A stretch of DNA of 61,562 nucleotides, filler included, from 7 parts of 7 records of this genome joined end to end with filler, not necessarily neighbours in it, one strand, 5' to 3'; positions 9,444 to 19,053 are shown, counted from the first letter of the whole stretch. The notes: generated by a model not told the origin, from the letters alone. Numbers and translations are program-made.

Positions 9444-10265
9444 ATGGTAAAAAAACAATCCACTCTAAAAGAGCACTCTGATGTTCTCTTTTTGGTCATT
9501 ATGGCACTGGTAGCCAGTACATATATCATTCTCATCCTTTTGATGATTCTCGCTGATATGAGCTTTACTTCTCCCGGTCACATCATGTCAGCTCTCCGTA
9601 GTCCTGAAATCCAGTTTTCAATCAAACTGTCCCTGTTTTCCTGTACTGTTACAACATTGTTGTCATTGATTGTATCCATACCTGTTGGCTACATCATGGC
9701 ACGATATAGTTTCTGGGGCAAAAAAGTGATTGATGCAATATTGGATATCCCGATCATTTTACCACCACTAGTTATTGGATTGAGTTTGCTGATTATGTTC
9801 CAAACACCACCGGGCCGATTCATAGAGCAGTACATTCCTGTAACCTATGCTATTCCCAGTGTCATTCTGGCCCAGTTTATGGTGGCGTGTGCTTTTGCTG
9901 TTCGTACAATGAGTGTAACATTTACACAGATCAATCCCCGGCAGGAACAGGTTGCCTTAACAGTCGGATGCAGTCGTCATCAGGCCTTCAGGTATGTTGT
10001 TTTACCGGAAGCGAGAACCGGAATATTAACAGCCGCATCATTGGCCTGGGCGCGCTCCCTGGGAGAGTTCGGACCGATACTTATTTTTTCAGGAGCAACA
10101 AGAATGCGCACAGAAGTCATGCCAACTACCGTTTTCCTTGAATTGTCTGTTGGTAATATTGAAGCGGCCGTGGCTGTTTCTCTCATTATGGTTTTTGCTG
10201 CTTTTTTTGTATTAATTTTTATTCGCATAATTGGCAATGATAAACGAATTATGAAAACTATCTGA
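9444..10265 (+). CDS. modB: Molybdate ABC transporter permease
   Basis: LDIPIILPPLVIGLSLL and WARSLGEFG motifs; EAA-like loop EQVALTVG. Confidence 0.9.
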   Translation: MVKKQSTLKEHSDVLFLVIMALVASTYIILILLMILADMSFTSPGHIMSALRSPEIQFSIKLSLFSCTVTTLLSLIVSIPVGYIMARYSFWGKKVIDAILDIPIILPPLVIGLSLLIMFQTPPGRFIEQYIPVTYAIPSVILAQFMVACAFAVRTMSVTFTQINPRQEQVALTVGCSRHQAFRYVVLPEARTGILTAASLAWARSLGEFGPILIFSGATRMRTEVMPTTVFLELSVGNIEAAVAVSLIMVFAAFFVLIFIRIIGNDKRIMKTI

Positions 10266-10267
10266 CT

Positions 10268-10973
10268 ATGATTGAATGTAGAAATTTTGGTATTAAACTT
10301 GGCGAGTTTGAACTCTCGGATATTTCTTTTTTTGTTCCGGATAAAAAATACTATTGTTTGATGGGTAAAACCGGATGTGGAAAAACAACCATCCTGGAAT
10401 CTATCTGTGGATTAAAATCCATTAATTACGGTGATATTATTATTGATAAGATAAATGTGACCAGACTAAGACCTTCCCAACGGGAAATCGGCCTTGTTCC
10501 ACAGGATGGTGCCTTGTTTTCAACGATGACGGTCCGGGAACATTTGGCTTTTGCTTTGAAAATTCGCAAGTGGAAATCAAATAAAATAAAAAAGAGTGGG
10601 GGACATGGCGGAATTATTGGGTATTTCTCATTTGTTAAGTAGGAAACCTTTAGGTCTCAGCGGTGGTGAAAAACAACGAGTGGCTCTGGGAAGATCCTTA
10701 ACCTTTTATCCCAAGGTGCTTTGTTTGGATGAACCTTTAAGCGCATTGGATGATCATACTAAAGAAGAGATGTATAGCCTTATTGATTTAATTCGCCAGG
10801 AAACCGGTGTTACTGCTTTGCATATTTCCCATAGTTTTGAAGAAGTATCCCGCCTGGCTGACAGTGTTCTTTATATGGAAGACGGACGGATCGTTACGTT
10901 TATGCCTGAAAATTATGTATCTTTAAAGGAACGTATCCAGTCTAATGGAAAAAAGGATAATGGTATGGTTTAG
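10268..10973 (+). CDS. modC: Molybdate ABC transporter ATPase, split by a frameshift near 10588-10602
   Basis: Walker A GKTGCGKT in ORF 10268-10642; LSGGEKQRV and LDEP in ORF 10596-10973; junction lies at A and G runs. Confidence 0.85.
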
Positions 10974-11076
10974 CATAAAAATGGTGCGTTTTTCCAGTGT
11001 GTCTGTTTAAATAGTTCTGAAAAAAAGGCCGGTTTAGTTTCATGAGCTAAACACGTTTGTTACTCAGGGAGAAGAA

Positions 11077-11355
11077 ATGAATATTACAGTTAAATACACC
11101 TCGCAATTAAAAAAGGAAACCGGAAAAGCAAATGAGATTTTTGAAATTGATAGCCATGATAGTATAGAGTCGATCCTGAAAAAGTTGATGCAACAGTATA
11201 ATGAAAATTTTCGAAACATGTTGTTTGAAAATAATGGCCGGTTTCGACAATCAACATTACTTGTTTTAAACGGTGTACAGGTTCATATAAATGAGTCTGT
11301 GAGTATAAAAGATGGTGATGAGTTTCTCCTTATGAGCGCTATAGCAGGAGGGTAG
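11077..11355 (+). CDS. MoaD/ThiS-family ubiquitin-like sulfur carrier
   Basis: 92-aa beta-grasp pattern (VLNG..IKDGDE) ending in SAIAGG. Confidence 0.9.
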   Translation: MNITVKYTSQLKKETGKANEIFEIDSHDSIESILKKLMQQYNENFRNMLFENNGRFRQSTLLVLNGVQVHINESVSIKDGDEFLLMSAIAGG

Positions 11356-12099
11356 ATGAGTATTTTATCAGAAAAAGAAAAAGCTGTATACGAATGGCAA
11401 ATATCTGTGCCGGGTGTCGGTGAACAAGGTCAGGAGAAACTCAAATCAACCAGTGTCCTGGTGTCCCGCTGCGGCGGACTCGGTAGCGTTGTGGCTTATG
11501 AATTAGCTGCCGCTGGAGTCGGCAAGCTTGTTTTGGCGCATGCCGGCAATGTTAAACCCGGTGATTTAAATCGCCAGTTACTTATGACGGATGACTGGAT
11601 TGGAAAATCCCGAATTGAATCAGCAGTACGAAGACTCAAAGAACTCAATCCCCGACTGGAAATCGAAGCGTTTGCAGAAAATATAAATGAAAATAATGCC
11701 GCTGATATTGTTGCCCGGGCGGATATTATTGTTGATTGTGCTCCCTTGTTTGAAGAGCGCTATCTGATGAATCTTGAAGCGGTTAAGCAAAACAAGCCAC
11801 TCATTGACTGTGCCATGTATGAGTTGGAGGCACAGATTATTACGATTATACCACATAAAACAGCTTGTCTGTCCTGCTTGTACCCTGACAAGCCATCCTT
11901 TTGGAAAAGGCAATTTCCAGTTTTTGGTGCCGTTTCAGGCACTGTTGGATGTTTGGGAGCCATGGAAGCTATAAAATGGATTACAAACATTGGGGAACCT
12001 CTTGCCGGTTCTCTCCTGACAATGGATTTACGTGATATGACTTTTGAACGGATTGCTGTGAAACGTAATCCTGATTGTCAGATATGTGGTCAGACTTGA
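11356..12099 (+). CDS. HesA/MoeB/ThiF-family E1-like adenylyltransferase
   Basis: GQEKLK..GGLG..LAAAGVGKL..DLNRQ; Zn motifs CLSC and CQIC; directly abuts the sulfur-carrier gene. Confidence 0.9.
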   Translation: MSILSEKEKAVYEWQISVPGVGEQGQEKLKSTSVLVSRCGGLGSVVAYELAAAGVGKLVLAHAGNVKPGDLNRQLLMTDDWIGKSRIESAVRRLKELNPRLEIEAFAENINENNAADIVARADIIVDCAPLFEERYLMNLEAVKQNKPLIDCAMYELEAQIITIIPHKTACLSCLYPDKPSFWKRQFPVFGAVSGTVGCLGAMEAIKWITNIGEPLAGSLLTMDLRDMTFERIAVKRNPDCQICGQT

Positions 12100-12289
12100 T
12101 AATTTATCGGATAATCCGGTCTTGAATAAATCTGGAAAAATCCTGGGGCTCAGCTTTAATAATATGCGGAATACTTTTTTACAGGGGAGTAGGGTTGTCA
12201 GACACCAAAACTAAAACAATATATCTGTTTTCTAACATATTAAGATACTGATCTGTTGCATGAGTTAATTGTTTTTATATGGCAAAAAA

Positions 12290-12420
12290 GTCCCGATAAA
12301 AATTATAATGGGACAAATTTATCTGTCCTTAGCACATTATCCTTAAAAGTCATGCTATTTTTGAGGATTTTGAGCACAGCAAAAAAAGTAATCTGGTGGT
12401 AAACAGGTCCAATTATTGCA
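12290..12420 (+). promoter_or_regulatory. Candidate sigma-54 promoter with upstream palindromic activator sites
   Basis: AGGTCCAATTATTGCA (GG-N10-GC) at 12405-12420; inverted GTCCC..GGGAC (12290-12314) and GGACA..TGTCC (12311-12328). Confidence 0.35.
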
Positions 12421-12562
12421 TATAATTTTTTGATTTTTTGTATGTAAAGTAAATATGGTTACTGGTGAGGATAAAAAACTATAGGCTTATATTTTGATAA
12501 CATATTTGTTTGCTGAATGGTTCTATCTCTATCAGAAAATGCAGATGAAGGAGGGATGAAAA

Positions 12563-13432
12563 ATGTTTAAGAAATTCAATTACAAAAAAATCTTATTATT
12601 GTTCGTAATATGCTTTATGTTTACTTCTTCAGGCGGTGCGCAAAGCATTGATGAGAATAATTTGATCCGCAATTCACAGTTTGATAATGGAACGATGTAC
12701 TGGAAGTTTTGGGCTGATGGGAGTGTTTTTGAGGTATCCATATCAAATGATTCTCTTTTATCTGGTCAAAATTCGTTAAAAATAGGAATTGGTGATGGAG
12801 GTACGGAATATCCTTATCTCTCGGCATTACAAAGTGTTAACTTGCAAAGAGGCAATGAATACAACATCAGTTTTATGGCCACTGCAGACACCCTTGTTGA
12901 CATAGCTGTCGGGATTCAACAGGCTCAATATCCCTATACAGATTATTGGAAAGAGTCTGTTCTGATTGGTGAAAAAAATCATTTCGGTCCATACTCGTTT
13001 AAAATGATTGGCGATCAGGAAGAAGCTGAACTTTATTTTAGTCTTGGTGGATTTAAAAATGTTCGTGTTTTTATAGATTCCATTGTTGTAGAGGAGAAAA
13101 GCACAGCTACTGCTGTTCAGGATTTGGAGATGGGGAGTGCCGGAATCCCACGCGGATTTTCTCTTTTACAAAACTATCCAAATCCATTTAATCCCCGTAC
13201 AACAATACAGTTTGAGTTAGCTGAGACGTCAACTGTGTCACTTTTAATTTTTAGTGTTACAGGTAAATTGATTAAAACACTGGTCGCAGATCAAGCAATG
13301 AATTCAGGTTTATACCGGCTTTTGTGGGATGGTACGGATGTAAATAACGAACCGGTAAGCTCTGGTGTCTATTTGTACCAGTTAAGGAAAGATTCATTTC
13401 AGCAAACAAAAGAAATGATTTTATTAAAATAG
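12563..13432 (+). CDS. Secreted CBM4/9-like carbohydrate-binding protein with FlgD-Ig/T9SS-like C-terminal domain
   Basis: Signal peptide; NLIRNSQFDNG..W..Y.ISF.A..VFIDSI CBM pattern; QNYPNPFNP..WDGTD..SSGVYLY. Confidence 0.8.
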   Translation: MFKKFNYKKILLLFVICFMFTSSGGAQSIDENNLIRNSQFDNGTMYWKFWADGSVFEVSISNDSLLSGQNSLKIGIGDGGTEYPYLSALQSVNLQRGNEYNISFMATADTLVDIAVGIQQAQYPYTDYWKESVLIGEKNHFGPYSFKMIGDQEEAELYFSLGGFKNVRVFIDSIVVEEKSTATAVQDLEMGSAGIPRGFSLLQNYPNPFNPRTTIQFELAETSTVSLLIFSVTGKLIKTLVADQAMNSGLYRLLWDGTDVNNEPVSSGVYLYQLRKDSFQQTKEMILLK

Positions 13433-13491
13433 TTTGACGTTGTTATAATGTGAGTGAAAATGATATCGTTACTTTTCCCTGCCAGGGGAGG

Positions 13492-13591
13492 NNNNNNNNN
13501 NNNNNNNNNNNNNNNNNNNNNNNNNNNNNNNNNNNTTAATTAATTAANNNNNNNNNNNNNNNNNNNNNNNNNNNNNNNNNNNNNNNNNNNN
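13492..13591. other. Artificial contig linker (Ns + TTAATTAATTAA)
   Basis: 100-nt spacer with stops in all six frames; the same layout occurs at six places. Confidence 0.98.
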
Positions 13592-13652
13592 TTTTTTTAG
13601 GATGATTATTTTATGAATCTTAATAGTCAACATAAAATAAATAGATAATTAA

Positions 13653-13725
13653 TTTGGTTTATAATATAAACTAGTTTACATTTGAATTAAAATTAATATC
13701 TAAATATAGTTTGCAACTTAAACAA
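13653..13725 (+). promoter_or_regulatory. Bacteroidota sigma-A promoter overlapped by two operator palindromes
   Basis: TTTG (13653-13656), 20-nt spacer, TACATTTG (13677-13684). Operators TGGTTTAT-AAT-ATAAACTA (13655-13673) and TAGTTTGC-AAC-TTAAACAA (13707-13725). Confidence 0.65.
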
Positions 13726-13733
13726 TTAAAAAA

Positions 13734-14315
13734 ATGGAAAATTCAACTTTAACACCAGAGGAAAGTCTATTGCTGATAACAAAAACAATAGAAGAAACAA
13801 AAACCCGCTTCAAAGAAAGCGGTCATGTATTTATATTTTGGGGTGTATTAATGCTAATAGTATTTGGAGGTCAGTATATACTTTGGCATTTAGGTTTAAA
13901 TAAATACATGATGTGGACAGTACTTCTCTTTCCTCTTGGAGGATTTTATATGTTATACATTTGGTATACAGTTATGAGGAAAAGACCCAAAACCATTATA
14001 GGTAATACACTTGGAAATATTGGGTGGATTTGCGGTATGAACATGATGTTAATGGGACTTTTATTTTCTGATAAGCTAGGTGAAGCTTTAGGTCCTGTAT
14101 TCATTATTTTATGCGCTATTATGATAATGGTAAGTGGATTATCTATCCGGTTTAAGCCAATGACCATTGGTGGTATATTAACTAATTTAGTTGGACTGGG
14201 ATCTTTTTTTATTGCAGGGGATTATCATGGATTCAGCATGATGTTGGCTGCATTAACCGGATTTATTATACCGGGTATATTACTTAATATTGCTAACAAA
14301 AAAGAAAATGTTTAA
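13734..14315 (+). CDS. Integral membrane protein (about 6 TM) paired with a wHTH regulator
   Basis: N-terminal amphipathic helix (ESLLLITKTIEETK), FWG motif, about six hydrophobic segments; overlaps the next gene. Confidence 0.8.
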   Translation: MENSTLTPEESLLLITKTIEETKTRFKESGHVFIFWGVLMLIVFGGQYILWHLGLNKYMMWTVLLFPLGGFYMLYIWYTVMRKRPKTIIGNTLGNIGWICGMNMMLMGLLFSDKLGEALGPVFIILCAIMIMVSGLSIRFKPMTIGGILTNLVGLGSFFIAGDYHGFSMMLAALTGFIIPGILLNIANKKENV

Positions 14316-14595
14316 AGACTTAGATCCAATATTACACTCTCAACTTCGCTTGTCGATAGTTTCGCTGTTGATTTCTGTAGATGAAGCAAACTTCAATTAT
14401 ATAAAGGAAGAAACACAAGCAACATCTGGAAATCTAAGTATCCAAATTAAAAAGTTGCAGGAAGCAGGGTATATAGAGGTGAAAAAATCTTTTATAAATA
14501 ATTATCCGAATACTTCTTTATCAATTACAAAAAAAGGAATAAAGGCATTTGAAATATATGTAGATAATCTTAAAAAATACATTAATCCGAAGTAA
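14308..14595 (+). CDS. Winged-helix transcriptional regulator (HTH_34/MarR-ArsR-like)
   Basis: LDPILHSQLRLSIVSLL..TSGNLSIQIKKLQEAGYI..TKKG pattern; start overlaps the end of the upstream gene. Confidence 0.9.
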   Translation: MFKDLDPILHSQLRLSIVSLLISVDEANFNYIKEETQATSGNLSIQIKKLQEAGYIEVKKSFINNYPNTSLSITKKGIKAFEIYVDNLKKYINPK

Positions 14596-14610
14596 ATTTT
14601 TTTATCAATT

Positions 14611-14629
14611 TAGTTTATAACATAAACTA
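14611..14629. promoter_or_regulatory. Perfect palindromic operator, third copy
   Basis: TAGTTTAT-AAC-ATAAACTA directly upstream of the transglutaminase gene. Confidence 0.7.
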
Positions 14630-14648
14630 CTTTAAAAACAAAAAAATC

Positions 14649-15581
14649 ATGAAAAACAAAATCTTATTTTTATCTTTTTTAAGCTGTTCAATATTCATTT
14701 TGTGCGCATCGAATAGTAAAAATTCATATGACACTAAAAAAAGTGATGATGAGTTACTAAGTCGATATAGCCAGTATAGCTCATGCACTGATCCCGGAGA
14801 ATACATCTATTTATTCGAAAATTTACCTGATTCTCTTCCTGAACTTTGTAGTTTGATTCGTTCTCAGTTTATTCACCCATACGCAGAACTGCCAAAATAC
14901 CGCGACCAATTCCCTAAAGATAGATGGAATGAAATGACCAGGTACCCAAATGTGAAATCCATTCTTGAGAGGTTGATTTCCTATGATTCATCGGGCTTAA
15001 CAAAAGAAAGACAAGTGGAAAACCGTCTAATTTTGGGATGCTGGCATAATTCTATTTTACTGGCATCTATATTAAAGTCACGTGGAATCCCTGCCAGAGT
15101 TCGTTATGGACATGCAACTTACATAGCTCCTGGTTATCACATAAGCCATACCATTTGTGAAGTATGGAATAAATATGAGAAACGATGGATGCTTGTTGAT
15201 CCGAGTATGGATATGGTTGATTTTGACCGAAATATTTTTGACTTTAGTAACGACGCATGGTTGCAGTTACAGCGTAAAGAAATAGATCCAGGTTTATATG
15301 GGATTCCCGGAAAATATTCTGGAATAGGTTCAATTGCTGGCAAAATTTGTGGCGATTTAGCTTCGGTATTGGGAATCGAACACTCAATCTTTGAATATGC
15401 AGCTATTTTAGATTTTATGTTCGATGAAGAAAAACAACTATCAGAGGAACAAATTAATTTATTAAATAAAGTTTGTGAATTAATGCGTACACTGGATGCT
15501 GATAATATTGCTCAATTACAAAAGATTTACAACAATACACCAGAACTTCAAATTACCAAGTCTTTACTTATTGATTCGTGA
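14649..15581 (+). CDS. Secreted transglutaminase-like (Cys-His-Asp) domain protein
   Basis: Signal peptide; GCWH..LKSRGIPARVRYG..HTICEVW..WMLVDP. Confidence 0.88.
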   Translation: MKNKILFLSFLSCSIFILCASNSKNSYDTKKSDDELLSRYSQYSSCTDPGEYIYLFENLPDSLPELCSLIRSQFIHPYAELPKYRDQFPKDRWNEMTRYPNVKSILERLISYDSSGLTKERQVENRLILGCWHNSILLASILKSRGIPARVRYGHATYIAPGYHISHTICEVWNKYEKRWMLVDPSMDMVDFDRNIFDFSNDAWLQLQRKEIDPGLYGIPGKYSGIGSIAGKICGDLASVLGIEHSIFEYAAILDFMFDEEKQLSEEQINLLNKVCELMRTLDADNIAQLQKIYNNTPELQITKSLLIDS

Positions 15582-15639
15582 AAATCAGCCAAAAATTAAA
15601 AAAGAAAAAAGTTAAATATAAATTCTAGAGGGGGGCAGG

Positions 15640-17070
15640 TTATTCTTTTATAGTAAAATAAAACTTGCTCCCTTTACCCTCAGTGCTTTCCACCCAAATT
15701 TTTCCACCCAGAATTTCAATAAATTCTTTGCACAATAATAAGCCTAGTCCGGTTCCTTTTTCTTGGTTTGTACCCTCAGTCGATATACTCTTTTCTATTT
15801 TGAACAGGTTGTTTTTTTCTTTCTCAGAAATTCCAATTCCGTTGTCAGAAACACAGATTTGTGCCATGTTTTCATCATTCAATTCATAAGAGATTTCGAT
15901 ACATCCATTCGAATGTGTGAATTTTATTGCGTTTGTTAAAAGGTTGTTCATGATCAGTGTAAGCATATACCTGTCGCTTTGTATTTTGCAGCTTGTGTCT
16001 ACTTTGTTTTTTATTACAATGCTTTTTCCTGTAGCCATATTATTTAAGAATATTCGGCAATCTTCAATAATTGTGTGTAACTGCAAATTTTCTATTTTGG
16101 GACTCATGCCCTGCATCTGAAGTTTTGCCCAAAACAACAGATTTTCGAGAAGGTTATAGGTTCTTTTGGAACTGTCATTAATAACTTTGGCTATGTTTTG
16201 CAGTTTGTCGGCAGAAAAATGGGAAATATCGCGTTGCAATATATTTGATAGGCCAAGAATATTACCCATCGGATTTTTTAAATCGTGTGCGATGATTGAG
16301 AAAAACTTGTCTTTTGTTGCTACTAAATCATGCAGTTTTTCATTTATCTCAATCAATTCTTCTCTCTGTTCTTTTAATTCAATGGATTGTTTTTCAATTT
16401 TCACCTGGCGTTCAGCTAATTTTGTGTTTGTTTCGCTTATTATTTCATTTTTAGAGATTAATCCATTATTATTTTGAATTAATTCGGATCTCTGATGTTT
16501 TATCCGTTCCTCATAAATATTTGTGGCAAAATGATACCAGACTATATAAGCACCCAGAATTATAAAACTAGCTACAATATTTACCAAGGAAAATATAGTT
16601 AGGAAATTGGTTTCTAAATCGATTGTAAGAAACTGTCTTAGGTTTATGAATTCAACAATAATAAAACAAAGAAGATTGAGCAAGAACATAGGGATTGAAA
16701 ACCATTTCTCTTTTAATGACCACAGCATTAAAGAAAGTATGGCGTAAAGCACGAAGTAAGCTTGAATGTAAGAATCGCTGCCGAAAAAGAAAATAGCTCC
16801 AATCATTGCCTGAATAGGAGCTGATGCAATTACCGTAATTTTTGAAGCTTTGTATTTTTCTTTTTTATAAAATAAATATGAAATATAATATACGTTCAAA
16901 AAACCAATGGAAACGATTATAAAAGTGTAGTATTTTTTTAAGTCAAGTATTGAAAAAAGCAATACAGAAAATATATTTATGATTAGGATTGAAAATATGG
17001 AAATTTTTAAAAGCTCGTTACGCCTCTGCTCCCCATCAATTATTGTAGGCTTAAAAAGATCTATTTTCAT
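15640..17070 (-). CDS. Membrane-bound sensor histidine kinase (no response regulator nearby)
   Basis: Multi-TM N-terminus, coiled coil, H-box IAHDLKNP, NLLTNAIKFT, DNGIG, GTGLGL, GKGSKF. Confidence 0.93.
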   Translation of the reverse strand: MKIDLFKPTIIDGEQRRNELLKISIFSILIINIFSVLLFSILDLKKYYTFIIVSIGFLNVYYISYLFYKKEKYKASKITVIASAPIQAMIGAIFFFGSDSYIQAYFVLYAILSLMLWSLKEKWFSIPMFLLNLLCFIIVEFINLRQFLTIDLETNFLTIFSLVNIVASFIILGAYIVWYHFATNIYEERIKHQRSELIQNNNGLISKNEIISETNTKLAERQVKIEKQSIELKEQREELIEINEKLHDLVATKDKFFSIIAHDLKNPMGNILGLSNILQRDISHFSADKLQNIAKVINDSSKRTYNLLENLLFWAKLQMQGMSPKIENLQLHTIIEDCRIFLNNMATGKSIVIKNKVDTSCKIQSDRYMLTLIMNNLLTNAIKFTHSNGCIEISYELNDENMAQICVSDNGIGISEKEKNNLFKIEKSISTEGTNQEKGTGLGLLLCKEFIEILGGKIWVESTEGKGSKFYFTIKE

Positions 17071-17166
17071 TAGCACGCAAGAGATAAAATGCAATACTAA
17101 TAAAATTAATAATTATTCTAAACACTTTTTAGCATTCTGGCCGACAATTATATAAATAAAATATTC

Positions 17167-18072
17167 TTAGTTAAGAGTTCGATATTCTGCAGGTGTCATT
17201 CCGGTTTTTCTTTTAAATAATTTGCTGAAATATTGTGGGTATTCAAAGCCTAAATCGTAAGCAATCTCACTAACAGAAACCGTTGATGCCAATAATTTAT
17301 TTTTTGCCAATTCTATAACGTGGTATTGTATGTGCTCGGTGCCGTTTTTACCTGTCTCTTTTTTTAATAAATCGCTTAAATAGTTTGCCGAAAAATTAAG
17401 TTTCTCGGCAAAATATTTAATTGATGGGAAACCTGCCTCAGATAACTCTTCGGAGCTAAAGTATTTATCGAGTAAATTTTCAAATTGGCTAATAACGTCT
17501 TTGTTGTTTTCGGTTCGAGTTATAAATTGCCTGTCGTAATAACGGTTGCAGTAGTTTAGCAATAATTCGATTGACGACACAATTAACGTCTTGCTATGTT
17601 TGTCAATATTTTGTTCCAGCTCATGTTCAATATCCTGTACAATATCTGTTAGTTTTTTCTTTTCGTTATCTGATAGATGCAGAGCTTCAAATAAGTCGTA
17701 CGAAAAGAAATGATAATCTTTCATTTTAGCATTGAGAGTTGTTCCTCGTAACAAATCAGGATGGAAAACAAGTACCCAGCCATAAACATCTTGGGTTTCA
17801 TCCGGATCTTCCATGCCAATTACCTGGTTTGGGGCCATAAAAGTTAACGTTCCATCCTGGAAATCATAATAATTACGACCATAACGTAAAGCACCCGGGC
17901 ATAGATTTTTAAGCATAATGGTATAAAATCCCATCGAAATTTTGAGGTTCCCATAGCTTTTATGATCAATTTTTGAAAAATCAAGAATGCCTACCAAAGG
18001 ATGTTTGGGTTTATCCTGGTTTAGCCTTTCATACATAATGCTTATATTCTCAATGTGTACAACCTCTTCCAT
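17167..18072 (-). CDS. AraC-family transcriptional regulator
   Basis: YGRNYYDF N-terminal motif; C-terminal VSEIAYDLGFEYPQYFSKLFKRKTGMTP. Promoter element TACTTTTG at 18133-18126. Confidence 0.93.
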   Translation of the reverse strand: MEEVVHIENISIMYERLNQDKPKHPLVGILDFSKIDHKSYGNLKISMGFYTIMLKNLCPGALRYGRNYYDFQDGTLTFMAPNQVIGMEDPDETQDVYGWVLVFHPDLLRGTTLNAKMKDYHFFSYDLFEALHLSDNEKKKLTDIVQDIEHELEQNIDKHSKTLIVSSIELLLNYCNRYYDRQFITRTENNKDVISQFENLLDKYFSSEELSEAGFPSIKYFAEKLNFSANYLSDLLKKETGKNGTEHIQYHVIELAKNKLLASTVSVSEIAYDLGFEYPQYFSKLFKRKTGMTPAEYRTLN

Positions 18073-18174
18073 GACAGAGTTAATATTAAAAGTTCTATAA
18101 ATATATATTGACTCAAACCTAAAGTCAAAAGTAAATAAAATGATTCTGGTGTAAATCCTGTTTTTTATAAAACA

Positions 18175-18206
18175 CCAACCGGTTCGCAAAAGTTTTTTCC
18201 GGTTGG
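18175..18206 (-). terminator. Possible terminator hairpin after the SDR gene
   Basis: Inverted repeat CCAACCGG..CCGGTTGG. Confidence 0.4.
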
Positions 18207-18231
18207 ATTCGTTTTAATTCAATTTACTGGT

Positions 18232-19053
18232 TTAAGCCATCATCGATGTAATAATCCTTTCATAAATTCCATCACCAATCCATTTACGAATAAATAACGA
18301 TGGTTTTGCACCATAACCTTTTACGTACCTGCGTTTTGGTTTTTGAGCTGTCACAGCTTTTAAAATTACTTTGCCGATAGCTTCTGGCTTCGTTAATTGG
18401 TTTGATGAATACATTTTTGCAGTTCCAGCGGCAGCTTTGTTAGCTCTCACTGCATAAGCACCATTGCCTGACGTTTGTTTAAGGTTATCTGAAGCAATTT
18501 GTCCCCAGGGAGTTTTAATACCACCTGGTTCAACAACTACCACATCAATTCCAAATTCTTTCGTTTCAATTCGCAAACAATCTGACCATCCTTCCAAGGC
18601 ATGCTTTGTTGCATGGTACCAAGCTCCAAATGGAGTAAATACCTTTCCGCCCATGGATGAGATATTTACAATTTTCCCAAATCGATTATCACGCATTTTT
18701 GGTAATACCAATTGTGTTAAACGCGCCAAACCAAAAATGTTTACTTCAAACTGGCGACGTGCTTCATCAATCGGAACGTCTTCCACAGCACCGTACGAAC
18801 CATACCCTGCATTGTTTACCAATACATCAATGCTGCCTTCTTTATCTTGTATTGTCTTTACACAGTTCATTATTGATTCTTCGTTAGTAATATCCAATGA
18901 AATCGTTGCAATACCCTTTTCTTCAAGACTTTTCATTTTCTCTACCCGGCGTGCTGCTCCGTACACTTTAAATCCCGCGTTGTGTAATAATATGGCTGCC
19001 GACTCTCCAATTCCTGACGAAGCTCCTGTTATTAATGCTACTCTTTTGTTCAT
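18232..19053 (-). CDS. Short-chain dehydrogenase/reductase
   Basis: TGASSGIG, NNAG, catalytic YHATK. Confidence 0.95.
   Translation of the reverse strand: MNKRVALITGASSGIGESAAILLHNAGFKVYGAARRVEKMKSLEEKGIATISLDITNEESIMNCVKTIQDKEGSIDVLVNNAGYGSYGAVEDVPIDEARRQFEVNIFGLARLTQLVLPKMRDNRFGKIVNISSMGGKVFTPFGAWYHATKHALEGWSDCLRIETKEFGIDVVVVEPGGIKTPWGQIASDNLKQTSGNGAYAVRANKAAAGTAKMYSSNQLTKPEAIGKVILKAVTAQKPKRRYVKGYGAKPSLFIRKWIGDGIYERIITSMMA

Noticed and set aside
13536-13547. TTAATTAATTAA repeated six times as a biological repeat
   Set aside because: Always centred in a 100-nt N block; it is an assembly linker.
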